This document shows, in pieces, positions 1 to 12,379 of a DNA stretch of 64,000 nucleotides. This DNA comes from Octopus sinensis (taxonomy: Eukaryota): the NCBI RefSeq assembly GCF_006345805.1, contig NC_043006.1, forward strand, positions 7,378,001-7,442,000, read 5' to 3'. Both the position numbers and the translations under genes were made by a program. The notes under the pieces are model-generated. The model saw only the letters and a list, made by a program, of their open reading frames with translations, did not search any database and had not been told where the DNA came from. Numbering within the stretch: the stretch's first letter is position 1; each line of letters starts with the position of its first letter.

Positions 1-319
1 TCAACCGATTCTGATTCAACCGATTCTGATGACACTTGACACACATAGCCCAATGTCATAATTCAAAACTAACGCAGCGAAAATTTTGAAAAGTTCCCCC
101 AGTTCTGAAAAAAATCGATAAATTCGACATGGGGTCGAGAATTAGAAACACAAACCACAGACTGTCTAGGGGACGCAACTCGACCTTTTTTTAACTCAGA
201 AAAAAAATTCACCATCATTTTTTTTTCCATTTTTTTGCTATTTTTTGGCTATAACTCTCTAAAAATGCTTTATAGTTATTTCCCTTACAAACCTGAGCAA
301 CGCCGGGCGATACTGCTAG
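1..319 (+). mobile_element. Non-autonomous Helitron, 3' portion (runs off window start)
   Basis: Ends in hairpin CC(T)GAGCAACGCCGGG followed by CTAG (316-319) and T. The terminal ~60 bp match the reverse complement of 62930-62990. Confidence 0.8.
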
Positions 320-1050
320 TATATATATAAAGTTGTCGGATTGAACCTTTGAACATCGTGCTTTTTATATGGGCGTTCCAGAGTTGGCCATCCAGACAAC
401 TTATTCATCTATGCTCTTGAAGGAAAAACAAACAAAAACACGTCGTCTACAAAGCAGCCTTACAGTAGTTATTCCTCTACTGTATTCGTCACATCTATGC
501 CAAACTGCAGCCGTTAGCAATCAGACTTCCTGCAAGCATTCCATTGATCCTTTGCTTCATTTCCCTAATTGCTGTTAACAGTACATTACCTTCAATAACT
601 CTTCTTACTTCACGCACGCTGTTCGCTCATAAGCATGCTCTGACATTTATTTTTGTACAAGCCATTATTCTATATGCTCGTTTATTATAAATGATTGCTT
701 TTCTTTAACATACTTTATTTAATGATTCTCATTAAATAAAAGCTTCGATGCGGTTGTGTTTGGCATGGTGAGAAAAATAAGTTCATGAAACAAAACGCTT
801 CAAGATATGTGATCCCTAATGCCTACTGCAATTGCTCACTCAATTTATGGACAGTCATTTATTACTAACTGCCAAATTTGTGTTCAAAAATATTTATTCA
901 TTACCTAAGATTCTTAATATCATATCAAAATGGTAAATATACATTTGACGCTTTGCAACTTGAAACGATGGACTAATTCAACTTAAACCGTCCACATGAG
1001 TGCACTGTTATAATACATCACACCGTCCCAAAGACGTGTGTATTTCCTAG
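320..1050 (+). mobile_element. Non-autonomous Helitron retaining the last ~35 codons of RepHel helicase
   Basis: 365-468 reads, with frameshifts, LY.A.SRVGHPDNLFIYALEGKT.KN.VVYKAALQ*, the PIF1-helicase C-terminus typical of Helitrons. 3' hairpin CGTC-CCAAA-GACG, then CTAG (1047-1050) and T. Confidence 0.8.
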
Positions 1051-1059
1051 TATATATAT

Positions 1060-1123
1060 GGCGGTGCCCCAGCATGGTCACAGCTCATGAGCTGAAACTA
1101 GAATCAATCAATCAATCAATCAA
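1060..1123 (+). mobile_element. Extremely 5'-truncated CR1/L2 LINE 3' tail
   Basis: GGCGGTGCCCCAGCATGGTCACAGCTCATGAGCTGAAAC plus (AATC)n tail, similar to the LINE end at 30778-30825; follows (TA)n. Confidence 0.6.
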
Positions 1124-1153
1124 TATATATTCGATTAAATTACACCATCTAGA

Positions 1154-1293
1154 AAATTACACCGATGTTTAAGTCAATTGCTAAATAATAAATAAAACGT
1201 ATATATTTGGTATATACCTTATATATACGTTTTATATATACCAAATATCTACGTTATTTATTATTTTACAATTTACTTAATCATCGGTATAAT
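1154..1293. repeat. Imperfect AT-rich inverted repeat
   Basis: Arms ~1154-1215 and ~1235-1293 are diverged reverse complements (e.g. ACACCGATG / CATCGGTAT, ATTTGGTATATA / TATATACCAAAT). Confidence 0.6.
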
Positions 1294-1626
1294 ATTGTTA
1301 AGGTTTTTTTTCTAATTTATATATATTATCTATATATATATATATATAATCATTTATAGCAATTATATTTATACGGCTTTAGTTTAGTATAAATTTTACA
1401 TTTAATCTAAATGTTATATATATAGATATATATATATAAAAGGGCTTAGTAAAATAAATTACTTGCCACATACTGAACTCATTGCCACATTACGAACTCA
1501 TTCGCCATACTGAATTCGCCTAAAATGGTCCCTTTACATACTGAATACTTGGTGAAATTGATTAATAATAATTAATTTTACCCTCAAATGTGATATTATA
1601 TATATATATATATAATATATATATAT

Positions 1627-1691
<65 letters not shown>

Positions 1692-1871
1692 ATTATATTT
1701 GTGAAATTTGAATTAGTATTTCTGAATTGAATTTTTCCCTGTAAGTTAGGAATAAATTTCCTCACAAATTATTATTATTATTATTATATTAATTATTATT
1801 ATTGTTGTATTATTATTATTATATTATTATTATAATATATATACACGTATTATTATAATATATAATATATA

Positions 1872-1908
<37 letters not shown>

Positions 1909-1912
1909 GTAT

Positions 1913-2197
1913 AGGTGAAGATGCCTGGATCAGTGGTTAGAGTATGCGGCTTACAGTTTTAACTTTGTTAGTTCGATTCCTGGCGGCGAGTTGTTTCCTT
2001 GAGCAAAACACTTTATTTCACGTTGGTCTAGTCCACCCAACTGGCTAAAATGAGTAGTACCTGTATTTCAAAGGGCTAGCCCTGTCATAGAATGTGTCCG
2101 AGGAGTATTCAGCTACTTTCATTTTAATTTCTTGAGCAGGCTGTTCTGTTGCTGGGATCAACTGGAACCAGCGTCGTCGCAACAGACGGAGTGCTGG
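1913..2197 (+). mobile_element. Diverged tRNA-derived SINE
   Basis: A-box-like TCAGTGGTTAGAG, B-box-like GTTCGATTCC, core TTCCTTGAGCAAAACACTTTATTTCACGTTG. 3' tail (GAGCAGGCTGTTC...GACGGAGTGC) is shared with the SINE at 41077-41458. Confidence 0.7.
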
Positions 2198-2344
2198 TTT
2201 GATATGTGTGTATATGTATATATATATATATGGGTGTGAGCGTGTGTCTGTGTGTGTGTGTATTTTATTGCGTGTTTGTGTTTGTCCTTACCACCGCTTG
2301 ATAACCGGTGTTGGTTTGTTTTTGCTCCTGTAACTTAGCCTTTC

Positions 2345-2640
2345 CTAACAGGGAATCGATAGAATAGTGTCAGGCTTCAAAACATGTGACCGCGTGTGTA
2401 CCGTTGGCGATTTTTTTCCTCTGTCTTCCCTTCTCTGGATCTTTCCTTCTCCTATGTTTCCGACGAAGAGCTCCGCTCGAAACGTTGAACCCTCCTTCTT
2501 TCCTTCTTTCCTTCTTTCCTGAGCGTCCAATAATACTATATTTGTTCCACGTCCTCGCGTTGTTGTGTTTTTTTGTGCTTTCATGTTTGGATTAACTTTA
2601 TATAAGTACTGAGGTGGATATACTAGACTAAACTTTATAT
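2345..2640 (+). mobile_element. Penelope-like element pLTR/tail fragment
   Basis: Carries a minimal hammerhead motif at 2456-2490 in pyrimidine-rich context and abuts microsatellites. Confidence 0.5.
2456..2490 (+). ncRNA. Minimal type I hammerhead ribozyme motif (U4C variant)
   Basis: GTTT-CCGACGA-A-[GAGC-TCC-GCTC]-GAAA-CG-TT-GAAC. Stem I GTTT/GAAC, stem II GAGC/GCTC, palindromic stem III AACGTT. Confidence 0.55.
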
Positions 2641-2663
2641 CTATACAAAGTTTAAATATATAT

Positions 2664-2689
2664 ATAGACAGACAGACAGACAGACAGAC

Positions 2690-2751
<62 letters not shown>

Positions 2752-2870
2752 GCAGACAGATAGATAGATAGACAGACAGACATATATATATATATATAGA
2801 TAGATAGATAAATAGATGGATAGATAGATAGATAGACAGATAGAGAGATAGATAGATACATACATACATG
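2664..2870. repeat. (GACA)n/(GATA)n compound microsatellite
   Basis: Direct reading. Confidence 0.95.
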
Positions 2871-2913
2871 CATCCATATATACACACATATATACGTGTG
2901 TATGTGTGTTGTT

Positions 2914-2949
<36 letters not shown>

Positions 2950-3653
2950 ATAGATATATTATATATGTGTGTGTGTGTGTGTGTGTGTGCTTCAGTAATA
3001 GTAAGTTACGTTTATGACATTCAGGTAGGAGGCATCTCAAAGAGAGAAACCATTTCATAGTAGCTGGAATTACTATAAATAACAATGTACTTTTGAAGAA
3101 ATAAATCCAAATGTCTTCAAGAAGCTGTAAAATTCGCTGAATAATGTACTTAAAACTATGTTATGATTTGAAAAAAAGAAAGCCAGTATTGTACCAGTTG
3201 AAATGTTTATATTCGTAGGTCTGCTCAATCGGGGTAGATTTGAAATTAAACCAAACACAAACAACGCAGGTGGAAAATAAAATGACGTAACATGAGACAG
3301 ATAGAAAGTGTGTGGGTGTATGGGTGTTGTGTGTCTGAGAGAAAGAGAGAGTGGTGGGAGAGACGAAGGGAGACAGACAAAGAGATTTTGAGTGCATAAA
3401 AATGTATGGTGGAAAGGGAGCTAGCAGCAACAGATTCAAACACACTATACACACACACACACACACACGCACAATCACACACAAGGAAATGTACAAATAC
3501 GCAGTAATATCACGTATGAATGTAGTATGTGTGTGCGTGTGTGTGCGTGCGTGTGTGTGTGTATCCAGTTAGCTACATAGATAAATAGATTGATAGTTAC
3601 AACATTACTACATATATATATATGCATTTATGTATGTAAATACGTATGTATGT

Positions 3654-3701
<48 letters not shown>

Positions 3702-3830
3702 TATATATATTTATTTATACACACACATATATATACATATATATATATATATATTTATATAAACAAACATACAAGCATATATATATATATATATCATCTC
3801 TCTATCTTTCTCTCTTGCTCTCCTACCCCT

Positions 3831-3930
3831 NNNNNNNNNNNNNNNNNNNNNNNNNNNNNNNNNNNNNNNNNNNNNNNNNNNNNNNNNNNNNNNNNNNNNN
3901 NNNNNNNNNNNNNNNNNNNNNNNNNNNNNN
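3831..3930. other. Assembly gap (100 N)
   Basis: Run of exactly 100 N; true adjacency across it is unknown. Confidence 1.
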
Positions 3931-4394
3931 ACATCTTTTATTTGAATATACGAGAACGCAAGTTTTATAAACGGTAAAATATAGGTGATATCTTGACGTT
4001 TACGGTTTGAAGTAAAGTCATGGTGCATGCTATTAGGAATCGAAACCAAGCATCAGACATTTGGCCTCCGAGATAATGTTGCTGAGGATATGAATGTACT
4101 TATATTATTTAAAAACAGTTTGATTTGGGTCCTTGCATGGAGCTGAATCAAACCGTTGTTAAATTATATATGTAACTGTTGCCAAATAAGTTCTTACGAT
4201 TGTTCACTCAATCGTCTGTGTGTTTGTGTTTGTGTGAGTGTTTATAAGTATATGTACATGTATGTATACATAAATATATATATATATATATATATATTGT
4301 GATCCACAGGGTAATATATTCACACTCACACGCACGCATAATATATATTTATAGGTAGATGAATATGTATGTATGTCTGTATATCTATCTAGCT

Positions 4395-4516
<122 letters not shown>

Positions 4517-4639
4517 ATATATATCGATCTATCTAGGTGGATAGATATACACATACATATATAAAACAAAATAACATTTTTGCATATACAAAATTTATTA
4601 AAAAAATTTATATATTGACTCACGTATATCTATGTGTGA

Positions 4640-5305
4640 TTGTGTTTACCTACATATATATATATATGTGTGTATATATATATTATGTAGATATATGTAT
4701 ATTTATATATATATACACATATATTTATACATATATGTATATGTATAATAATATATATATATGCATAATGAGTATAACACACCTCGCCTACATATATATA
4801 TGTTATATATATATATATGTATAAATATATATATATATATATATGTATTATATATATTTATAAATATATATATATATACATATATAATTATATGTATATA
4901 TGTATATATATGTTATATATAATGTATATATATATATGTATGTATATATATATGTATATATGTATGTATATATATGTATATGTGTATATATATTGTATAT
5001 ATGTATGTATATATAATGTATGTATGTATATATATATGTATGTATATAGGTATGTATATATATATGTTATATATATATATATATATATGTATGTATATAT
5101 ATATGTATATATATATGTATATATAATGTATGTTATATATATATGTATATGTGTATATGTATGTATATATGTATGTATATATATGTAGTATGTATATATA
5201 TATGTATGTATATAGGTATGTATATATATATATATATATATAATATATTATATATATATATATATATTATAATATCTGTATGTATATATATATATGTATG
5301 TATGT
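4640..5305. repeat. Degenerate (TA)n/(TATG)n low-complexity tract
   Basis: Direct reading. Confidence 0.9.
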
Positions 5306-5689
5306 AATGCATACATCGGCGATCACCACCAATCGTTTAGTTGATAAAATCGCCTACTTGTGAAAGGTGCGTATGACTGAGCTGCTGAAGTAGTTTTTAC
5401 CCCAAAGGAATACTCCCTCCCAATCAGAAGGATGTGACAAGAATGTGTTTGAATTTACAGTCGTCATTCTTACAACTGAACAGAGGTATGGCAAGCGTAG
5501 ATACGGAAAGTTTTTAATCTCGTCTGTTCATGTCCAGATACGTGTCTATTTGCATGTATGTATGTATTAATATATGTGTGTATGTACGCATGTACGTATA
5601 TGTATGTATATATATATATATTAAATGTACATATGTATATATATATGTATTATATATATGCGAGTGTAAGTATACATATATATATATAC

Positions 5690-5737
5690 TTTCAACCCAT
5701 GCTAGCATGGAAAGCGGACGTTAAACGACGATGATGA
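5690..5737 (+). mobile_element. Short LINE 3' tail with (GAT)n end
   Basis: CCATGCTAGCATGG palindrome, then AAAGCGGACGTTAAAC and (GAT)n, embedded in (TA)n. Confidence 0.4.
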
Positions 5738-5754
5738 TATATATTATATATATA

Positions 5755-5812
<58 letters not shown>

Positions 5813-5829
5813 TATATATATATATATAT

Positions 5830-5883
<54 letters not shown>

Positions 5884-5892
5884 AATAGATAA

Positions 5893-6744
5893 GTTTCTTT
5901 ATTAGCCACACAGGGCTGCATACAGATGGGACAAGTTACAAGGTAGAGCTTTTCTTTTGGGTGAGAAAAAAAAAGTGGCGTAGGTTTTCGAACAAAAGGG
6001 ATCGTAAAAGGGAAAAAAGAACGAAAAAGAACAAAAGGAAAAAAAGGAAACGAAAAAAAAGAAAAAAAGTAAAAAAAGAAAAAAAAGAGAAGAAAGGGGA
6101 AAAAAGAAAAGAAAAATGAAATAAGAAGAAAAAAGAGGAAAAAAGGGGGAGAGGAAAAAAAAGAACGATCAATAGGAATCGTGTATCACAGTGTTGTGAT
6201 ATATGGTGTAAAGGGGAAAGCAAGTAAGGTTTATCCGTGGGAAGAAAAGCCTACGAAAAAGATCACGGTAACCTTGGTCAATATTGTTATATATTACCAC
6301 ATTTGTTTGCAAGTGGGTAACCCTCTGTTTTCAATTTCTGGGTTCATAGGATTATGTTCAAGGTGGCTTCGTCATTCATACTACATTCCTTGCTACATTC
6401 ACCCATCTTTTTTTTAAAACGTTCGCTAGACAAAACTTGCCTCTCTACTCTCACTTTCCTTTTCAAGTGGTACTTGAAGAAGTTGATGAGAGGTTGACCA
6501 GAGAGGAAAGTGTTTGTCTCCAATCCTTTCAGACGCGTCCACCAGATACATTCTTTCGCCATAGCCACAAGGATGATGAAAATAGCTCTTCCTTCCTGTT
6601 TGAAGGAAGGAGGCGTGACAATATTGACGATAGACTCAGCTGATAAACCGACTGGTCCCACACGTGACAGCAGTTGTTCGACATAAGCCCACAGGTCGGA
6701 AATTGTTGGACACTGCACGAGTGCGTGCAGAACGGTTTCGTCGC
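5893..6744 (-). mobile_element. 5'-truncated Tx1/L1-clade LINE (ORF2 C-terminus + 3' UTR) inside (GATA)n
   Basis: Translation DETVLHALVQCPTISDLWAYVEQLL...MAKECIWWTR...FFKYHLKRKVRVER matches the L1/Tx1 C-terminal zinc-knuckle region. AATAAA at 5898-5903 (minus). (GATA)n lies on both sides (5830-5890, 6745-6910). Confidence 0.8.
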
Positions 6745-6766
6745 TAGATAGATAGATAGATGGATG

Positions 6767-6867
<101 letters not shown>

Positions 6868-6959
6868 GTAGATAGATAGGTAGATAGATAGATAGATAGA
6901 TAGATAGATATGTAAACGTAAGATCCAAGGATAGGGATGTAGGAAGAGAGTGAGGTTCA

Positions 6960-7216
6960 AACAATTCGCAGAAAATATAAGAATACAGCTTTCAGGAACA
7001 ATAATGGGTTTTCTTCCTACCGACCACAAATGCTTCACCTACCCTTCCCACCAGACTTCTCCATTCCAATACCACTCCCCGTTCTTCTGTGTTTGACTTG
7101 GTCAAAATGGCCTTCTTGAAAACTACCTGTGAAATTACTATGCTAAAAAATCTTAACTCTTTCACTCCCTCTTATATTTTTTGTTCTTTTTCCTCTTCTT
7201 ATATTTCTAATTAGTC

Positions 7217-7265
<49 letters not shown>

Positions 7266-7470
7266 ATTCTCTTCTCAAACTATGCTCTCTCTGCGCATTC
7301 TGAAAGAATCCTCTGTGTCTTAACATTGGCCTCCTAACGACAACGTAATCTTTCATTTAATCAAGATACCCTTGACCTGAAGAGTTGCCTGCGATATACA
7401 CCTCGCTTCCAGATTTACCAATTCCGCGGTTCCGCTCACTACGAAACATATGTAACCCGGATTTTATCTG
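6960..7470 (+). mobile_element. Degenerate Penelope-like 3' end/pLTR
   Basis: CTGAAGA (7377-7383) ... CTAC-GAAA-CATATG-TA (7443-7454) hammerhead-like halves with palindromic ACATATGT; stem I is not intact. Confidence 0.35.
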
Positions 7471-7471
7471 C

Positions 7472-7830
7472 CTGTGTGGTAAGTAACTTGCTTACCAACC
7501 ACATGGTTCTAGGTTCAGTCCCACTACGTGGCACCTTGGAAAAGTGTCTTCTACTAGAGCCTCGGGCCGACCAAGGCCTTGTGAGTGGATTTGGAAGACA
7601 GAAAGAAGCCTGTCGTGTGTGGGGCTGGCGTTTGTGTTTGTCCCCTCACCATCGCTTGACGACCGATGTTCGTGTGTTTAGGACCGTAACTTTGCGGTTC
7701 GGCAAAAGTGACTGATAGGATAAGTACTAAGCTTACAAGGAATAAGTCCTGGATTCGATTTTTTCGACTAAACGCGGTGTTCCAACATGGCCGCAGTCAA
7801 ATGACTGAAACAAATAAAAGAACAAAAGAG
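7472..7830 (+). mobile_element. SINE family A (tRNA-derived, most abundant family here)
   Basis: TGTGTGGTAAG A-box, GGTTCAGTCCC B-box, conserved body, 3' CAGTCAAATGACTGAAAC-AAAAGAG tail. Confidence 0.9.
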
Positions 7831-8029
7831 TATACATATACATATGTGTGTGTGTGTGTGTGTGTGGTGTGTGTGTGTGTGTGTGTGTGTTTTGAATGTC
7901 TCTATGTGTGTATGTGTGTGTATGTATTTATGTATGAGTATATATCCGTGGTGGGGGTGTATTTACATATTTACGTATGTTTAGACCGCTGAATATTGAG
8001 GCAGCGTTTTGCATGATTTAGCTTCAAGA

Positions 8030-8430
8030 ATCGAACCCAGTACATTTTGTTTTAAAGCTTGGAACATATTTAGTCTGTACTTGTTACCGAAGTTACGGAG
8101 ACGTAAACAAACCAACATCGGTTGACTAAAGTCACTGGGTCATAAACATAATACATCGATGCATCTTCGCACATACAGATAAATTGATACACACATGCAT
8201 AGATAGACACACATAACCATACATACATACGTACGTACGTTCACGCATGTACACATCAATGCATGCATACGACGGGCTTTCTTTCAGTTTCCGTCTCTTA
8301 GATCCACTCACAAAGCTCTCGTCGGCCAGAGGCTATAGGAAAAGACAACTGTCCAAGGGATCGCGCAGTACAACAAAACCCAAGACCACGTGATTGGGAA
8401 ACGAAGCCCCTAACAACACAACGACGCCTG
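8030..8430 (-). mobile_element. SINE family A, old diverged copy
   Basis: CGACGGGCTTTCTTTCAGTTTCCGTC...CCACTCACAAAGC matches the family A reverse complement. Confidence 0.65.
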
Positions 8431-8437
8431 CTTCAAT

Positions 8438-8470
<33 letters not shown>

Positions 8471-8506
8471 ACATACATACACACACACACACACACAACA
8501 CACACT

Positions 8507-8544
<38 letters not shown>

Positions 8545-8545
8545 C

Positions 8546-9325
8546 GCAGTGAAATTTCATAAAGATATCTTGAAATACTAATGAGTAAATATATATTCAA
8601 TGAAATTGCCATTGCCTTCAACCACAGCCGGCAGGTGACTTCAGAATATCCTGCAACTCTCTGCACCGCCGCCTTGTTTAAGTTGGGGAATAGTGCCATA
8701 ATCCTTGCCTTCAGTTCATCTTTGGTGTTGCAAGGAATTTTGTTGATCTCTCGCTCAACTGCACCCCACACATAATAGTTCATGGGGGTCGCAGTTTGGG
8801 GAGTTAGGTGGCAAGATGCTATTGGTGTATGTGGTTGCAGAAATTATCTGGCAGCCGTGACTAGGTTCTTCTGGCTGTATGGCATGGCGCAGAGTTCTCT
8901 TATCAGACATAGGGTTTTCCAGCAGCCACCTTCTTGGCCCTTCGCTGCACTAACCTCCTACAGGCATTTGATATAGGCCTCCATGACGAGTCTGAAGTCG
9001 TGTGGGAAGATGAATGGACGCATAACTCGAAACACCATAATGTCGACTGAATGTTCGCTTCTTATGACTCTCGGTATAGGTCCTCAGATTAACACCCAAA
9101 CACTGAAATATTCGTACTGATGCTTCCGGCGCGAATGCCAAACAGTACAGCATATAGTTTCCAAATTTCTAGTAAAGTGAATTGCATCATGATGGTATTT
9201 TTCTCACAGACGGTGCCCATCTGACCCTCCTGTACTGTGTAATCCACAAAATCAAAAACAAAGAATGAGCATACGCGAAACTAAGAGTATAAAATGGTGA
9301 CAATTTACTTATTGCACACTGTCTG
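8546..9325 (-). mobile_element. Tc1/mariner-superfamily (maT/DD37D-like) transposon remnant
   Basis: Broken translation IMVF..MRPFIFPHDFRL..EAYIKCL..PYV..ENSAPCHT and DPMNYYVWGAVEREINKIPCNTKDELKARIM; disrupted by stops and frameshifts. Confidence 0.8.
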
Positions 9326-9420
9326 CATATATGTGTATATATATATATATGCATATATATACATATATATGCATATGTATATATGCATACACACACACAC
9401 ATGTATATATATATATATAT

Positions 9421-9471
<51 letters not shown>

Positions 9472-9556
9472 CGTATACATATATATATATATTTATATAT
9501 ATATATATATTTATATATACGTATACATATATATATATATTTGCATATGTAGATTT

Positions 9557-9590
<34 letters not shown>

Positions 9591-10251
9591 CATATACATA
9601 CATATGTATGTATGAATTATGTACGTATGCAAGCATGCATGTGTGTATGTATGCATTCACACATGCACGTATATATATATATATGCAAATATTTATAAAT
9701 ATATGTGTATCTGTGTTTGTCTGTGTGTATATGTATGTGTATACACACACACACACACATACACAGAAACACACATACCAAGTTTTGTTGCTTAAATATG
9801 CTACTTGTGTGTTTATGCTCATTTCGCTGTTATTTCTACGTCTTCTCTATGAATCGCGTGTATTGTTGAGTTGTATGTCATTTTTTTTTCTATCTTTCTG
9901 CCCTGAGTGTCTTCTTTATGTGAATTCGCCTTGTTGATATTATCCTGTGGGAAAGTTACATATAATACTGATTATATATATAATGTTGTTAGGTCTTACA
10001 GGCAAAACTTGAGGCAATGGATTTCGTAGGTGGTACCATATGTGGTTGATGCTTTGCGTATTAGTTTTAGAGAATTTTGGGAGGATTTGAGTGTGGTGTA
10101 CGAAGCTGGAGTTGGTATTCGTTGAAAAAAAAAATGATGGAAAAATCGGTTTCTCGTAGTTCCCTATTCGTGAGTTTATATCATTTGGGTCCTACTCTTA
10201 CAATTATCATGGGCTTGCCGTTGTGACAGATAGATTGGTAGTGATTTGTGT

Positions 10252-10277
10252 TGATTAGCTACGGCGATACATATTCA

Positions 10278-10308
<31 letters not shown>

Positions 10309-10358
10309 GGCACCTGCGCAAGAATGACACGCAAATTTGTGAAGCATTCCATATTTTT
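10252..10358 (+). pseudogene. U6: U6 snRNA retrocopy, near full length
   Basis: ...ACATATTCAAAAATTGGAACGATACAGAGAAGATTAGCATGGCACCTGCGCAAGAATGACACGCAAATTTGTGAAGCATTCCATATTTTT. ACAGAGA box at 10292-10298; several substitutions versus canonical U6, two CpG-type. Confidence 0.93.
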
Positions 10359-10782
10359 ATAGGCGTAGGTGTGGCTGTGTGGTAAGTATCTTGCTTACGA
10401 ACCATATGGTTCCGGGTTAAGGCCCAATGCGTGGCACTTTAGGCAAGTGTCTTCTACTATAGCCTCGGGCCGACCAAAGCCTTGTGAGTGGATTTGGTAG
10501 ACGGAAACTGAAAGAAGCCCGTCGCATATATGTATATACATATATATATATATGTGTGTGTATATGTTTGTGTGTCTGTGTTTGTCCCCCCACCCCCAAC
10601 ATCGCTTGATAACCGATGCTGATGTGTTTACGTCCCCATAATTTAGCGGTTCAGCAAAAGAGATTGATAGAATAAGTACTAGGCTTACAAATAATAAGTC
10701 TTGGGGTCGATTTGCTCGATTAAAAGCGGTGCTCCAGCATGACCACAGTCAAATGATTGAAACAAGTAAGAGGGTAAAAAAA
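10359..10782 (+). mobile_element. SINE family A, full length, directly abutting the U6 3' end
   Basis: Starts ATAGGCGTAGG as other full-length copies do (25182, 42815, 57682); complete body and tail. Confidence 0.92.
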
Positions 10783-10959
10783 GGGTAGTATTGGGTATAT
10801 TTAGTAAGAATGGATGTGAGAGGATAGAGAGGATAGGTTTGTTGATGTGAATGTTTGTTATACTGAGATGTATTTATAGTTTGTTTATAGTATTCAAGGT
10901 TTGTGATTTTAATGTTTAATAGTCTGAATTCGAGATGTGATTTGTAGAACAGTTAGTGT

Positions 10960-11340
10960 CACTGATGCTGCTGTTGCTGTTGAGCGCAGCGGTCTTCGTC
11001 CCAGAGTTATAGTGGGAGAAGTCCGAAACGTTGCCCTTTGCTAATCGTAAGACCCGCAGAAGAGAAAGCAGGTCAACCCCCGACACCGAAAGCATCGACG
11101 GATGGATGAATGCGCATCCAGGCTCAGCGGTTGCGTAGGAAGTCGGGGACAAGAAACAGGAAGAAAGAGTGAGAGAAAGTTGGAGGGAAAGAGTACAACA
11201 GGGGTGGCCACCACCCCCTGCCTCGTGGAGCTTTAGGTGTTTTCGCTCAATAAACACTCACGACGCCCGGTCTGGGAATGGAAACCTCGATCCTCCGACC
11301 GCGAGTCTGCTTCCCTAACCAATGGGCCATTGCGCCTCCA
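10960..11340 (-). mobile_element. SINE family B (tRNA-like head TGGAGGCGCAATGGCCC...) with a distinct 3' module
   Basis: Head nearly identical to 41077 and 47488; diverges after CACTCTTTCTTCCTGTTTCT. 3' boundary approximate. Confidence 0.8.
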
Positions 11341-11749
11341 CTGTTACTGATGCTAAGGGTTAGCCTTTCTACTATTTTTGAGAGGAGTAGATTTGTATGA
11401 AGTTACTTCAAATGGGTGTTTCTTGGGATTTAGAATTTTCACCCAGCATCCAGCTAATGGGTAATTAATAGTATTAATATGCGTAAATTTAATTATTGTT
11501 GAAGAAAGTTATTCCTTCAGGCTAGAGGTGTTTAGGTGTATGTTTGCAATTTTATACGATATTGAAGCTAGTTGAAAGAAAGGATAAAATCGCGGTGAAT
11601 AAAGAAACGTGTGTACTTTTGGTTCGGTGTCCGAGTCTGAAGTCTGTTTTCTTTCATTTGGTTTACCTAATTGGTGAATGAGGAAATCAGTGTTCATGAC
11701 ACTCGATAGAGCTTCAGAGACTAATGGCAAGGAGATGATGTTTATCTCC

Positions 11750-11925
11750 GATAGTGATGTGTGTACGTCCCCGTAACATAGCGGTTCGACAAAAGAGACC
11801 GATAAAATAAGTACTAGGCCTCTAAAGAATAAGTCCTGGTGTCGATTTACTCGGCTAAATGCGGTGCTCCAGCATGGCCGCAGTCAAAAGACTGAAACAA
11901 GTAAAAGAGTAAAAGAGAGTAAAGA
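11750..11925 (+). mobile_element. SINE family A, 3' half
   Basis: ACGTCCCCGTAAC...GCTCCAGCATGGCCGCAGTC...GTAAAAGAG. Confidence 0.85.
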
Positions 11926-12307
11926 GTATATCGAATACTTTCATCAGTAAGTGGGTACATGTTTCTATGTGTTGATGACTGAGAGACTGCATATCTGTCT
12001 AGAGAGAACATTTAGAGACAGGGATCACTCATGGTATTTTAGGGTAGGTTTCGATGGGAATAGCGGGCCATATGGGGTGTTATATTTTATGGACTTCTGC
12101 ACATGTTACCAGAAGAAAACCACTCAAATACATTGGTCTTACTGTTGTGGGAGACACACAAATATAAAATGTAACAGTGATTGTGCTAAGGGATTGGCAG
12201 ATGCCTATCAGTAGCGGCTGGTAAGGGTAGAGATTAGAAGTATACATACTACATATCTACACACACACACACACTAACACACACATACATATATATACCC
12301 CCCCCAT

Positions 12308-12379
<72 letters not shown>

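Noticed and set aside
7371-7460. Active hammerhead
   Set aside because: Core and palindromic stem III are present, but stem I does not pair and stem II has a mismatch; kept only as weak Penelope evidence.
10252-10358. Functional U6 gene
   Set aside because: Multiple substitutions including CpG-type decay, fusion to a SINE, and no recognisable upstream snRNA promoter.
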